Source: Chloropicon primus
Lineage: Eukaryota
Reading direction: 5' to 3'
Length of the DNA: 64,000 nt
Assembly: GCA_023205875.1 (NCBI GenBank)
Contig: CP060755.1
Span: 1 to 64,000 of the forward strand
Below the pieces are notes generated by a model. It worked only from the letters and a program-made list of their open reading frames with translations, was not told where the DNA came from and searched no databases. Shown here piece after piece: positions 38,301 through 47,847 of this stretch (its first letter is position 1; every line of letters starts with the position of its first letter). Made by a program: the position numbers and the translations under genes.

Positions 38301-39376
38301 CAAGGGCTACGCCAGGTTGGCTGCAGACTCTGAACACCATGAACATGCAGGTGCTGTACGCGTACCGGTGCGCAAAGCCCCGTGGCCACCCCTGTATGAA
38401 GATTTACATTCACCAGAACTTGAGGGATGAGAACCCGAAAACTCTGGTCACGGTGAGATGGAACCATGCTGTGGCCGACGGCAGCACGATCCACAAGTTC
38501 CTTGGGGCGTGGGCCATGGCAGACAAAGGGAGGAGAATCCTGAGCACGCACGCGGGGCCCTCAGAGTCCCTCTCGGATCGCCAGCACGCACTGCTCGCGC
38601 GCATCCTGATGGGAGAGTCACAGTCCAGTCTCTACTTTCCTTGCCGCAGCTTCTGGTCCCCTCCATACAACTCGGTCCTGATCAGATTCCCCGAGGAGCA
38701 AATCCGCGGCCACCAGAGCAAGCTTTGCGACACGAGGATCAGTCCGATCGACGTCGTGTCGAGCCTCTTGTGGCTGGCCATGTCGAGCACTTGCTACCCC
38801 GATGACGAGCAGGTGGAGGACGACAAGTACTTTGAGTTTGCGTCGTGGCACCCGAAGCTCTCCTTCCTCGTGGACCTGAGGAATCACTTGCCCGAGTTGC
38901 AGTGCTTCACGGGAAATTTGGTGCGCTGCACGGAGCCATTCTGCCCCATGAAGGACCCCCTGTCCGATCTCAAGATGATCTTGGGAGCGGACATCAGCTC
39001 AACCATGCGTCAAGTTGGCGAGCAAAGGAAGAGCCTGCACTTCTCGATGGATTACATAGAAGAGTTCATGCGGCTTCCGGGCGTGCCCCTTTGCTTGCAG
39101 AAGCAGCAAGAGGAGTGGATGACGACGAGCGCGAATGGCCCTTGCCTCTTGGTCAATGACCTGACATCTTTCCGGGGGCCCTTCAACTTTGGAAGCTCCA
39201 GCGCCGAGGTATCAGCCGAGTCTTACTCCTCGGATTGGAGCCCCGGCGACTGCTCGTTGATGCAGAGACTGGAAGACGTGGATCTCACCCCGTTCAACAC
39301 GAACTCGTTCTGGTTTGCACATCTCAAGAACGACAGGAACGGCGACATTGTTTGTGCACTCACCACCTTTTCGTAA
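32378..39376 (+). CDS. AT-less type I polyketide synthase: KS-DH0-ACP-KS-DH0-ACP-TM-BAHD-like acyltransferase
   Basis: Intronless 2332-aa ORF. Two KS domains (DTACSSSL, HGTG, GHxEAAAG), two HPLLG-initiated DH-like regions, two ACPs (AVDSF, GLDSI), a hydrophobic segment, and a C-terminal HAVAD (HxxxD) domain. Confidence 0.9.
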   Translation: MRALGEGHEEGHEERPRGRVQPLRGLTSRQPAPGGPTTLASVAWRGPWTESSSPWTEAATTATGDAITKRPFNRFSRGVLEEPRCQAIYGGFLEGLEEFDNEAFRMSNLESLTTDVQQRLLLEVTAECVSAAAATSAAQSTDVAVHVGILAMEYALSLAFDWGSPHEVYSVTGAGLSVASGRISFVFGFTGPALTVDTACSSSLVALHLAHRRAREAQSSSSSLACGSNALVSRRTFEVIHRAGMLAPDGRCKTLDASANGYTRAEAVQAVLLSSNGDDGGAATAVVLAGGAVNQDGRSASLTAPSGPAQQEMLRLALEDSRLDAGFDVEGIQMHGTGSRLGDPIEVTAIEQNFAFRRNHPLFLSASKCLVGHGEAAAGLNGVIQAVGVATGASAAPFIHLRTLNPYLHNAFESENGVSFVAARQPIPIPCSTTAEEGAGAHGVSAFAFQGTNAHVVLRPVATRGSGTTARKSLDRLWRRKFFWYAHPNHPLLGSFATTLNIHNDLVAEARVDLESPSLSYLHQFKLGGRSILGVSVYLDAVGSLASSMLGDADASGPARQFAMSEIVLGPPRRLESAALVNQFICRLDPNSGGIACRDLGAEEEESLLVRREFACIVAAARPPSAEEGGTVGSSAPSGPSLGSLLRPRSPSITAGPGEDLARESHVDRDVLASVSGLDSTHVRDDDVSLDVLKAECGMSSVYAHFAGEVGSGNPWDHVPSLLTSLCYPASIECFIVGHGVKRRGQEVTVGCTGTEHESLESPLGSSCSWFDGRGAEEAMRTRGVHWSPMIFRSKLVKPIDELGAKIGSAGGNAERTTKSREDYEIVVQKIIEELVGESVGLEESLHEHAVDSFTAEEVATLISREVGLTVTATFVFDYPNVKLMAAHIHGKLGGGEKKKRTPGLGRSLGTRAGGSRGSRRCPGVVAIQSVSAMLPHGSGGASHQRDCISTIPLARWDLNFDSVGAETLPRFGGFIELHKWFDNALFNTSVAESEHIDCRQCSLLTCSFEALMQSGGVDEATGVFVGIQAMPADNPFDCRLGMTGYHGTGTSMSVACGRISYVFGFKGPSLCIDTACSSSLLALHLGRERLDAPSCTIQQALSCGAHCYQSDKGFQVMMGAGMLAPDGRCKTLDASANGYTRAEAVQAALLSREPASSSNGIMAVLGGAVNQDGRSASLTAPSGPAQQEMLHLALEDSRLDAFDVEGIQMHGTGTLLGDPIEIGALSSIFDDYSGTTSGGVLLLSGIKCTAGHAEAAAGLNGVIQAVGVATGASAAPFIHLRTLNPYLHNAFESENGVSFVAARQPIPIPCSTTAEEGAGAHGVSAFAFQGTNAHVVLRPVATRGSGTTARKSLDRLWRRKFFWYAHPNHPLLGSFATTLNIHNDLVAEARVDLESPSLSYLHQFKLGGRSILGVSVYLDAVGSLASSMLGDADASGPARQFAMSKIILGEPKLLMDQWEASSSKRTKQTSFLRCEIHTLLGLANSGFIESTSSPTASFAGHIEKSHSRMWNHHNKNLEVGREISSWGEQAGGARDREHPSTCASVYLPGIENGVSEYALHPLIFENTTLASSATGEKGMLFPVQMAHVSLSAPLKRITCQSAEILNTLGGVSVSMQNTARITVEDIVYMKRREEDIHAGLAPASAETVAAKTRLTPASDEDYNAYTPEDFSDCQSSFQDMCELVSSATVARGHHPLNAPGFAGGADVDIVKRLVFEITGEDEITDDEPLIGAGLDSIASLELRTKLQDMLGVQLPVTLLHDHPCISSLRTLVETTSQTLSSHGGDGQSSLSVQSEHFQAALYLPLLFKTAFVASCTRKEDHFLPFWYPALVYFVAVFVPIFWVFEKLQHYVLYVLDGKYREYQVNLLPIDGAEEDEDAAKEKIVPLTQDDASVSHIYVSACLEFDDIVPEVNLCNSLQIALSHFPSLAGNLVRSGRNMYLKYGGKSDFVRVLAHEYKRRKDMHFKSGMIQEPAARATPGWLQTLNTMNMQVLYAYRCAKPRGHPCMKIYIHQNLRDENPKTLVTVRWNHAVADGSTIHKFLGAWAMADKGRRILSTHAGPSESLSDRQHALLARILMGESQSSLYFPCRSFWSPPYNSVLIRFPEEQIRGHQSKLCDTRISPIDVVSSLLWLAMSSTCYPDDEQVEDDKYFEFASWHPKLSFLVDLRNHLPELQCFTGNLVRCTEPFCPMKDPLSDLKMILGADISSTMRQVGEQRKSLHFSMDYIEEFMRLPGVPLCLQKQQEEWMTTSANGPCLLVNDLTSFRGPFNFGSSSAEVSAESYSSDWSPGDCSLMQRLEDVDLTPFNTNSFWFAHLKNDRNGDIVCALTTFS
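33499..36712 (+). repeat. Perfect 574-bp internal direct repeat (33499-34072 = 36139-36712)
   Basis: Line-by-line comparison shows identity at an offset of 2640 bp. An additional identical 85-bp patch lies at 33104-33188 = 35738-35822. Confidence 0.95.
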
Positions 39377-39489
39377 CGGACAGAGGCGGCGGTGACCCAA
39401 ATAAACTTATTTATTTAGAATAGAATTGATGTAGGCTATATGTAGTGATACAAACGTTATGATATTAAGTAAAATCCAACAAGTCGCAA

Positions 39490-42068
39490 CTAAAGGCCGT
39501 TGTAGGAGGATTTAATGGTCGTGCTGATCTGATTCATGATCCACCTTCGCTCCTCCTCCGCCTCCTGCTTGATTCTGCGAAGTTCTTCAACGATGTACTG
39601 CCGCTCGCTCTTGTTCTTGGAGGGCCCGCCATTCCGGTCCGTTGAGTACGAGAAGTCTATCGACTTGCGCCCAGAGGAATTCTTCGCGGGACTACTCGTC
39701 GTCTTGCAGTGATTGTTCAGAGACTCGCTGCTGCAGGAGCCCTCGGAGGACAGATCGGACGTGATCGTCCTAGCGCCGAAGCCCTTCTTTGACTTTGCCC
39801 CCGAAGTCTTGGCGCTCTGGCTCAGCCTGCTCCCCACCGTGCGCGACACTCTCCTGGCACTCGGCTTTGGTGTTGGCTTGGGCATCCTGTCAGGGAATCT
39901 TTCCCTCACGCCCTTCTCAATCTCCATGTAGTACTGCCTGCTGTTTGGATCCACATTCCTGTCCACGAGCAAGTCGTGTATCTCGTAGGCGTACTCGGTC
40001 ATCTCATAATCATTTCCGAACCAAGGGTTCTTCTTCGCCCAGCGAACGGCCTCTTCGTCCCCCTCCAACTCCTCTTGCATTCCCTTGGAGTCATCCGTGA
40101 CGGTATCTGCCATGGCGTTGATGGAGTGGTCGAGCCCCGAGAGCTGGTTTGCGCCGCCTTTGGGCGCCTCCGACGGACCGTTGTTGAGCTGGGCCAGCTG
40201 GGCCTGAAAGTTCGCTTCCAGAGCAGCCAGGTCCGGAAAGTCGTCCACGGACGTCGGGGCGAGGTTCATCTGCAGGCTCTCCTTCAGCACGCGTTTCTGA
40301 GATACTTTCGTGGCCGACTTCTTCGCACTCGAAGTCACCTTGCTCTTGATCTTGGCAGACGGGACCCTCGCCGTCTTTGCCCCCGGTCTCGAGACGGAGT
40401 CTGTCCCGTAAGGCGACTGGGCAATCGCCGCCGGAGAGGTCCTGCTTCCAGGGCCGCTCTTGGGGGGTCCCGTGGACTTCCTCCTGCTCTTTGTCTTGCG
40501 TTTGATGGTCGATCTCTCCTTAAGTATCCGTATGCTCTCGGAGCTCTTCTTGTTGTCCTTCCGCGCGGACGTTACGACTTTGGCCCCCGCCCCACTCCCA
40601 ACAACGCCATTCGGTCTTGGCGACTTGGCGACCTCCACCACCTTCGTGGCGGCAGGTTGCGCGGCCTTGGGCGCAGCCAGCGCAGCTGCTGCCGGCTCAG
40701 GGGCAGGTGCAGGCATCGGAGAGTCCGACGTGAGCTGCGTGAGTTGCACAGCGAGCTTCTTGTTTTGCTCCTTCAGTTCCATGATCGTCCTCCTCAAGTC
40801 GATCACGAGCTGGTCCTGAGGATCGTGGATGATGACCGGATCCGACTTGACGTTCTGTGCGAGGCTGGCGTAATGCAAAGTGCTCAGGGTCACGTCGCAG
40901 TGATCGGGCAAGGGGGAGCAACACGCTATCATCGTCGCCTGCCCTTTGCCTTGCAGGCTATCCATGAGCAGCTGAGTCAACTTGCTGTCCCGGAAAGGTA
41001 TGATTACGTTGGACTTCCTTGATTTCATGTTCCCCAGCATCGAAATCACTTTCCCAAGCGCGAACAGAGACTTGTTTATGCTTCCCGTCTCCGCCCTGAT
41101 CGTCGCCGAGCTACTTTTGCTCTTTGTGTCCCCAAGCCTCTCGCTTCCCGCCAGGTCCACGAAGCAGAGCCGGCCAAAGGTCGACATGCCCTCGTCCCCG
41201 CCCACACAAGTCAGGTGTATCGTGATCAGCAAGTGACTCCGAGTCGACCTCTCGTTCAGGCTATGGCTTGCCACCCTCCTGCGCTGGAACGCCTTCCCCA
41301 CAACTTCCTGGTAGTCCGCAACCGTCTGGCACTGCTTTTGTGTCAGGCCCTGGACGTAGAACCCGTACTTGGGATGGTGCCGGACGGGAAGCACCTGCTT
41401 CTTCTCGACCAGCAGGTCCGTCACTTGCTCCTGGTAGATCTCAAGGCAAGTGATGTCCACCTGGACCTCGGAGCTCATCTTTCCCGCCTTGTCGAAGCAG
41501 ATCTTGGACGCTTCCTCGAGGAGGCCAACGGTATGGGTTGACGACGAGGGAGCCTTGTCGCCCGAGGTTCTCTCGTCTTCCTTGCCGCAAATACTGTACG
41601 TCTTGCCAGAACCCGTCTGCCCAAAGGCAAAGACGGTTTGAGAGTACCCCTGTAAACTCGACTGAACGAGTCCCTCGATGTCACACGACCGGAAAAGGTC
41701 GTCCTGGCCCTCGTTGGGGCCCAAGACGTAGTCGAAGTTGTAACTCTTCGCTTTAGCCGTGGCCTTCCCGTTCTTTTCCGTGCTCGACAGCTTCTTGCTC
41801 TTGGAGAGCACACGAACCTGGGCAGCGCAGAGGGGAGGAGCGAGCGGGAAAGGCGTCAGTCCAAAGCCCAAGGAGTCAGATCGTCGTCTCTTGGCCGCAG
41901 CAAAGTCTTCCCTTGCGGGCTGCTTTGGCTCCTGCTCCCGGGACTCACCTGAATGTTGTTCTTCTCCGTGTCCACGGAAACGGCGTCTGCATCTTTGGGT
42001 TCATTCTCCAGCAGCGGTCTGACCCTCACGATAACTTTGCACTTCCCCTCTACCCCCGGTTCCCCCAT
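39490..42068 (-). CDS. Kinesin, KIF12/kinesin-16-like; 2 exons (42068-41949, 41817-39490)
   Basis: KVIVRVRP, FGQTGSGKTY, SH.LNERSTRSH, GRLCFVDLAGSE and IPFRDSKLT, followed by a coiled coil and a long tail. Confidence 0.9.
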
Positions 42069-42566
42069 CTCGTGGTCTCTCTCTCTCTCTCCTCGTGTCT
42101 CCGTGTTCCTCTCTCTTCCTCTCCCCGTCCCGCGTATCCCTCATACAGCAGCGAGTCCAGCCCCTTTTGGTGTTCGTCGTGTTCGTCGTGGTCACCACGG
42201 CCCCCTGCCTTCCATGGTGGACGGTCTGGTCTCCTCCTCCTGTTCCTCCTCCTGTTCTGTCCTTCCTTGGGTTTGAATTTTCCTTTTCCTTCACTGCTGG
42301 ACATCGTACCAGGGGGCAGAGCCAAGCCAAGACAAGACAAGCCAAGACAAGACAAGACAAGACAAGACAAGATGACGATCTTGGGACGAGAACGGGAACC
42401 AGGACGGGAACGAAACACACAACACAACACCAGGAACGGAAAAGGGAACGGAAAGGGAACGGGGACGTCCTGATGGAGGAGGGAAACAGACGAACGAACG
42501 GAACACACGGATTCTAGGCGAGGACGAAGAGGACGGACAGAAGAGGAAGAGGGGGGCTGAGCGAGG

Positions 42567-44366
42567 ATGGGGGTGGCGGGTCGTGGCGGGAAAGGCGTTG
42601 CCTGGTTCGTCGTCGTGGGCATCTGCGTTCACATTCTCTTCCTCTTCACCAATCCGGGGGTGAACTTGGGCTGGAAGCTCAATGCCTTGGCTCAGTGGTC
42701 TCACGACACCATGGCGGGTACGAGCGGGCATGTCCTGCCTAGGGAGAGGAGAGGCAAGAAGCAGACGGTTCTGGCCATCGAGGCGAACCGGCAGTTCGAG
42801 ATCGTCAGCGTGGAGAACCCTCTCCACTCCGTGTACGTCAAGTGCTGCAGAGAATCCTCGTCGGACACCGACTTCGTGTGCACCTGCACAGACGAGGAGG
42901 CCGAGAAGTTGATGCGTTTGCAGGTGACTCCGGTGAGCGAGATCGAGGTCCTCGCTGCTGAGGTGATACGGGAGATGAACGCGATCGAGCAGACCAGGGA
43001 CGAGATCTTCGAGAACCCTTACACGCAGTACAAGTGGTTCGTGGAGAACAGTCAGAACCTCCCGATGATCCAGGACGCAATCTTTGGTCCGCAGAGGGTG
43101 GAGTACGACAAAGACGTGGAGCACGCGGGCAACTTCAAGACCTTCGAGAAGAAATTCCAGGCTTGGTGCGAGGACAGGGTGACCAAAGGCATCATCGAAG
43201 TGCGGTTCAACTCCACGAATGAGATCAGGGAAGAAATCTACCGCAGGACGAGGTGCGAGGCCGATGAGTATGACTTGGGCAATGGGTGCGCGAGGAAGAA
43301 CACGAAGATGGGGAGGGCCACAAACAATGGCATCCTCGAGGCAGAGCAAGCCGAAAAGGAGAAGGCCCTCGCAAAGATGAGAAGCCGGTACGACAGCCCG
43401 GTGGAGCTCAGAGCGGAGAGCAAGGTCGATGAGATCGAAGAGGAGCTCAGGAGGCTGCACGAGGGGACGGAGGAAGGGGATTCCGGGGATGAAGGAAGTG
43501 CCCCCGTGGCAGAGTCAGATCAGGAGGGGGGCGGTGAGGCCACCAGCCTCGAAGATCTGTTCGGCCGCCTGGATGCGATTCGAGACGCGAAGGTTGGGCA
43601 GGATTTTACCGTGAGGGTAGGTTCGTGCTTGTCGGCACGCAAGATGGACTTCATCGAGAACTTTGTCAGCACCATGCTGGAAGACATGAAGAGTGACAAG
43701 AAGGCCAGGCTCAAGGTCGAGGAGCAAAAACTGAAGAAGCAGGCGGAGACCAAGAGGAAGGCAGACGAAGCAAAGGCGGAGGCCAAACGAAAGTCGGAAG
43801 ATGCGAAGAGGAAAGAGAGGCAGAGGAGGAGAGACAGGGAGAATCTGCGGAGATCAAAGGCTCGTGCGTCCGCTGCTACGAACGCAACCCCAGCACCAAC
43901 AGCTGGTACTGGTCCTGCCGAAGATCAAAGCAACGCAGCTTTGGTGGTTCCGGTACCTCCGCCCCCTCCGCAGCCTCAGACCAACCACACCAGTCCGGGC
44001 AGAACTCAAAGACGCTCGAAGAGGAGCAGAAACAGGCAGAGGGAGAGAGAAAGCTCCGAAAGCAGGCCTGCCCCGCCTCCAACGCCTCCAGCTCCCGTGA
44101 GGGCTCGGGTGCAGAACAGCAGCAATCGTCGACTCGCTCGCGAGAAAAGGTTGCTGCAGAAGAAGGTGAGGCAGGAGGAGGAGGGCTGCCACTCCATCTA
44201 CCAGTCTTCCCTCAAAGATATCCTTCAGGCCTCTCAGTCGAAGAAGATTCACACGGATCTGGTGAGCGCGGAGACGGACAAGCAGAGTTGCATCAGAAGG
44301 GCTCGCAGGCGGTACGAGGTAGATCTTGCGAACCTGGGCAACATTCACGGCGACGACGAGGTGTGA
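42567..44366 (+). CDS. Hypothetical protein with an N-terminal TM/signal anchor and a charged coiled-coil C-terminal half
   Basis: 599-aa ORF with host-like codon usage and a hydrophobic AWFVVVGICVHILFLF segment. No family recognised. Confidence 0.7.
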   Translation: MGVAGRGGKGVAWFVVVGICVHILFLFTNPGVNLGWKLNALAQWSHDTMAGTSGHVLPRERRGKKQTVLAIEANRQFEIVSVENPLHSVYVKCCRESSSDTDFVCTCTDEEAEKLMRLQVTPVSEIEVLAAEVIREMNAIEQTRDEIFENPYTQYKWFVENSQNLPMIQDAIFGPQRVEYDKDVEHAGNFKTFEKKFQAWCEDRVTKGIIEVRFNSTNEIREEIYRRTRCEADEYDLGNGCARKNTKMGRATNNGILEAEQAEKEKALAKMRSRYDSPVELRAESKVDEIEEELRRLHEGTEEGDSGDEGSAPVAESDQEGGGEATSLEDLFGRLDAIRDAKVGQDFTVRVGSCLSARKMDFIENFVSTMLEDMKSDKKARLKVEEQKLKKQAETKRKADEAKAEAKRKSEDAKRKERQRRRDRENLRRSKARASAATNATPAPTAGTGPAEDQSNAALVVPVPPPPPQPQTNHTSPGRTQRRSKRSRNRQRERESSESRPAPPPTPPAPVRARVQNSSNRRLAREKRLLQKKVRQEEEGCHSIYQSSLKDILQASQSKKIHTDLVSAETDKQSCIRRARRRYEVDLANLGNIHGDDEV

Positions 44367-44517
44367 CTTTTCTCTCAAGTCTCCAGGAGTAAGGGAAAAC
44401 CACCAATTTGTATATGATCACATGTATTACAGAACTTGCTTTCTCGGCCACAGGGCCGAGAGAAAGGAAAAAACTCTCTCTCATTTCAATTCAGGACGAC
44501 ACGGTCAGTGCTCCAGG

Positions 44518-46478
44518 TCACAGGGCATCAAAAATGTCGAGGGCAATGGAGTGGCTCTGACCAGCCCCGAGGACCAGGACGACGGTGTCTTCTCCGGTGG
44601 TTGATCCAACCTCCGCCACCACCTCAGCGACCACCTCCTTTGCGTCATGGATGTACCTGGCGTTCAGGCCGATTTCAGCCGCTAGATCCTCCGCTATCGC
44701 TTGCTTGACCTTTGGACTGATCCAGGTTTTGATGGGTTCGAAAACCTGGCTCACCACCACATTCTCACCCCCCTCCGCGAGAGCCTCAACAAACTCGCCA
44801 AAAAAGTAAGCCAGCCTGCTCAGTGTGTGGGGCTCGAAGACCACGACCAGCTTCCTCCCGTCGTACCTCCCCCGCACCCCTTCGAGGGTCGCTTGAACTT
44901 CCGTGGGGTGGTGAGCGTAATCAGAAACCACGACGCACTTCCCACCGTCGGACCCTTCTTTCTCTCCGATGACCTGGCACCTCCTTTCCACGCCCTGAAA
45001 CTCCGCCAGCACCTCGGCACTGCTCGCGACTGATCTCTCCAGCTCCTCGGCACTCGTCTCCGAAGTGCCCCTCCCCTGGACGAGGGCCGCCAAAGCAATC
45101 GCGCCCAGGGCGTTCAGAACGTTGTGCGTGCCCGTCACGGGGATCGTCAGCCTCGTGCCCAGGGGCTTGCCCTTGTACTCCACCCGAAAGGAGCACTCCC
45201 CTCCTTCCACCTTCAGGTCGGTGGCTCTCCAATCGTTTCCCTCCTGCAGGCCATACGTTTGGATCGTCCCGTTGCCGTTGCCGGAAGGAGAAGACGACGA
45301 AGAAGAAGAAGAAGAAGAAGAGATCTCCGTCCTTTTCTCCAGGAGAATCCTGCACCCCGGGTCGTCCCCACACATCACCGTGGCCCCGTCCTCGGAAACG
45401 TTCTCCAAAAATTCCTCAAAGGCCGCGAAGACTTCGTCCTCGGACTCGTAAATGTCCAGGTGGTCGAGCTCCACGTTCGTCACGATGGCGTACTTTGAAT
45501 GAAGATCGAGGAAAGCCCTGTCGTACTCGTCCGCCTCCAGCACGAAGAGGTTGCTGGTCCCCACCATGCTGCCCCCATTCCAGCTCTTCACGTCCCCCCC
45601 GACGATTGCAGTGATGCCGTCCTCCCGCTCCAAGTTCTCCAAGACTAGAGCGACCATGGTAGCAGTCGTGGTCTTCCCGTGAGTCCCCGCAACGGAGACC
45701 AGGTTGTACCCACTGGTGACCCTTCCCAGCCAGGCTCCTCGCTTGTACAGCGGTATGTTGTACTTGAGTGCGCACCTCACTTCAACGTTGTCAGCGCTCA
45801 CCGCGCTGGAAACGACCATGGCGTCGGGCAGGCAGTTAACTCCCGCCACCTCCCGCTCCAAGACGTTGCCCTCGTCGTGCCCCACGTCCACGAGGGCCCC
45901 CTCCCCCCTGAGGTCCTCGAGTTTGCTACTCTCCCGGATGTCGCTCCCCGTCACGAGCCAGCCCCTCGCCATGGCCAACTTTGCGAGGTTGGACAAGCCA
46001 GATCCCCCAATGCCCACGAAGTGTACCTGGACAAGAGAGAGAAAGAGAGAGAGAGAGAGAGGGCGTCAGTGCTTCGCTCCGAGTCGCCGCGGCGGCGCGT
46101 GACCCACTTACCCTCCGCCTGCTCTTGGCCGTCCTGCCCGACTTAAGCCCGCCCACGAAACGAAAGTGGGTGGTCCTGCGAGGAGAAGAAGAAGAAAAAA
46201 AAGGTACAAGAAGAGTCAGAAACCAATGATCGAGAGGAGGGCGCGCCGCGCGACGACGATTCCCGCCCTTACCCATCCAGCCGCTCCTCCTTGGTCAGGT
46301 AGTCGTCCCACTTCTCGCCCTCGTTGCCGCTTGCCCTCGCCCTGCACACTCCAGCCTCCTCCCTGGTGTGAGAGGGAAAGGCTCCTCCTGTCCTCTCCCT
46401 GGTGTGTCTCACCGCGGTCGTCGTGGCCACCGCTGGCGAGGCCGCGCACCTTTGCGCGACCCTCCCCTGCGTGATCAT
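44518..46478 (-). CDS. murC: UDP-N-acetylmuramate--L-alanine ligase, probably plastid-targeted; 3 exons (46478-46273, 46175-46112, 46026-44518)
   Basis: VHFVGIGGSG, VAGTHGKTTT, LEADEYD, TNVELDHLD, G.HNVLNA, GVERR, DYAHHPTEV and FEPH. Two GT-AG introns with CTGAC branch points and an Ala/Thr/Arg-rich N-extension give 592 aa. Confidence 0.93.
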
Positions 46479-46707
46479 ACCCCCGAGGCCTCCTCGTCGT
46501 CCTCCTCGCTCGCACGACGCGCCCGTCGGTTCCTTCTCTTTGCTCTCGTCAAGCAAGGCAGCCGAAGCCGAAGCCTCTTCTTCTCTGTTTTTTCGAACCA
46601 CCGCTGATGATGAATCAGCAAATCTTTTCGCGGGAAACCATGTGATCGCCAGCAAGGCAAGGCCACATCGAGAAGAGGAAGAACAACACAAGAGATGGAT
46701 GGATGAA

Positions 46708-47802
46708 TTACATGGCGAAAGGGGGTCCGGGGAACCCAGGAAAGTTGGCGAGGAGCTCGCCGAGTCCCTGGAACGTGCCGAGGTCGATGCGCAGGATGGT
46801 GGGTTTCGGGGGGGTTCTGATTCCTTGGCTTCGGAGCCAGTCCAGCACGGCGTCCTGGTTGTTGATGCTTGCGATTTCCGCGACTCTGTCGGGCTGCCAA
46901 GGGACCCCGTGGCTCTTCGACCACTTGAGGAGATCCAAGTGGCCCTCCTCGGCGGCAGCGTAGCACACGCAGGCGTCCCACGGGCATCCCTCCCGCCTCA
47001 TCCACTGGAGGCACTCCAAGTTCCCGCCCGCGGCCGCGGCCTGGCACGAGCCCTCGTCCCACGGGCAGGGGGGCTCCTGGCTCCTCAGCCACTGGAGGAT
47101 GCGCACGTCGCCGTGGAACGCCGCCCAGGAGCAGGATTCCTCGTTCCAAGGGCACCCCCCCCGGCGCAGATACTTGAGAGTCTCGAGCTCGCCCTCCGCC
47201 GCGGCCTCGATGCAGGTGCTCTCGTTCCAGGGCATCCCCTGCGCCCTTGCCCACTCAAGGACGTTGATGCGGCCGCTCCGAGCCGCGATGTTGCACAGGG
47301 ACTCCCCCTCGGGTCGCGGAATGTTGTGGTCCTGGAGCCATTGCAGCACCTCGAGCCTGCCCCGGGCAGTCGCCGCTTTCCAGGTCGGCGGGCCGATCGG
47401 GACCCTCACTTCCAGCAGCCACTCCAGAATGTCCATGTAACCTTCCCTGGCCGCGATCATGGAGAGCTGGTTGCTGAAAAGCGGGAAGCGCAGCCCGCTG
47501 TCGTACGCCCAGCGGAGCACGTGCAGGTGCCCGCCCCCCACTGCCTCGAAGCACGCGTCCTCCGACCAGGGGCACCTCTGGCTTCGAAGGTACTTCATGA
47601 CGTTCAAGTGCCCGCCCATGGCCGCAAAGGTGTAGGCGCTCCTGTCCCACTTGCAGCCCTCGTTTCTGAGCCACTTGATCGCTTCGAGCTGCCCGAGCCT
47701 CGCCGCCCCGATGTAAATGAACGAGGAGGTGCGGTACATCGGACAGCGGTTGTCCTTGAGCCACTGGAGCGTGTCCGTGTAGCCGTGGGCCGCGGCCATC
47801 TT

Positions 47803-47847
<45 letters not shown>

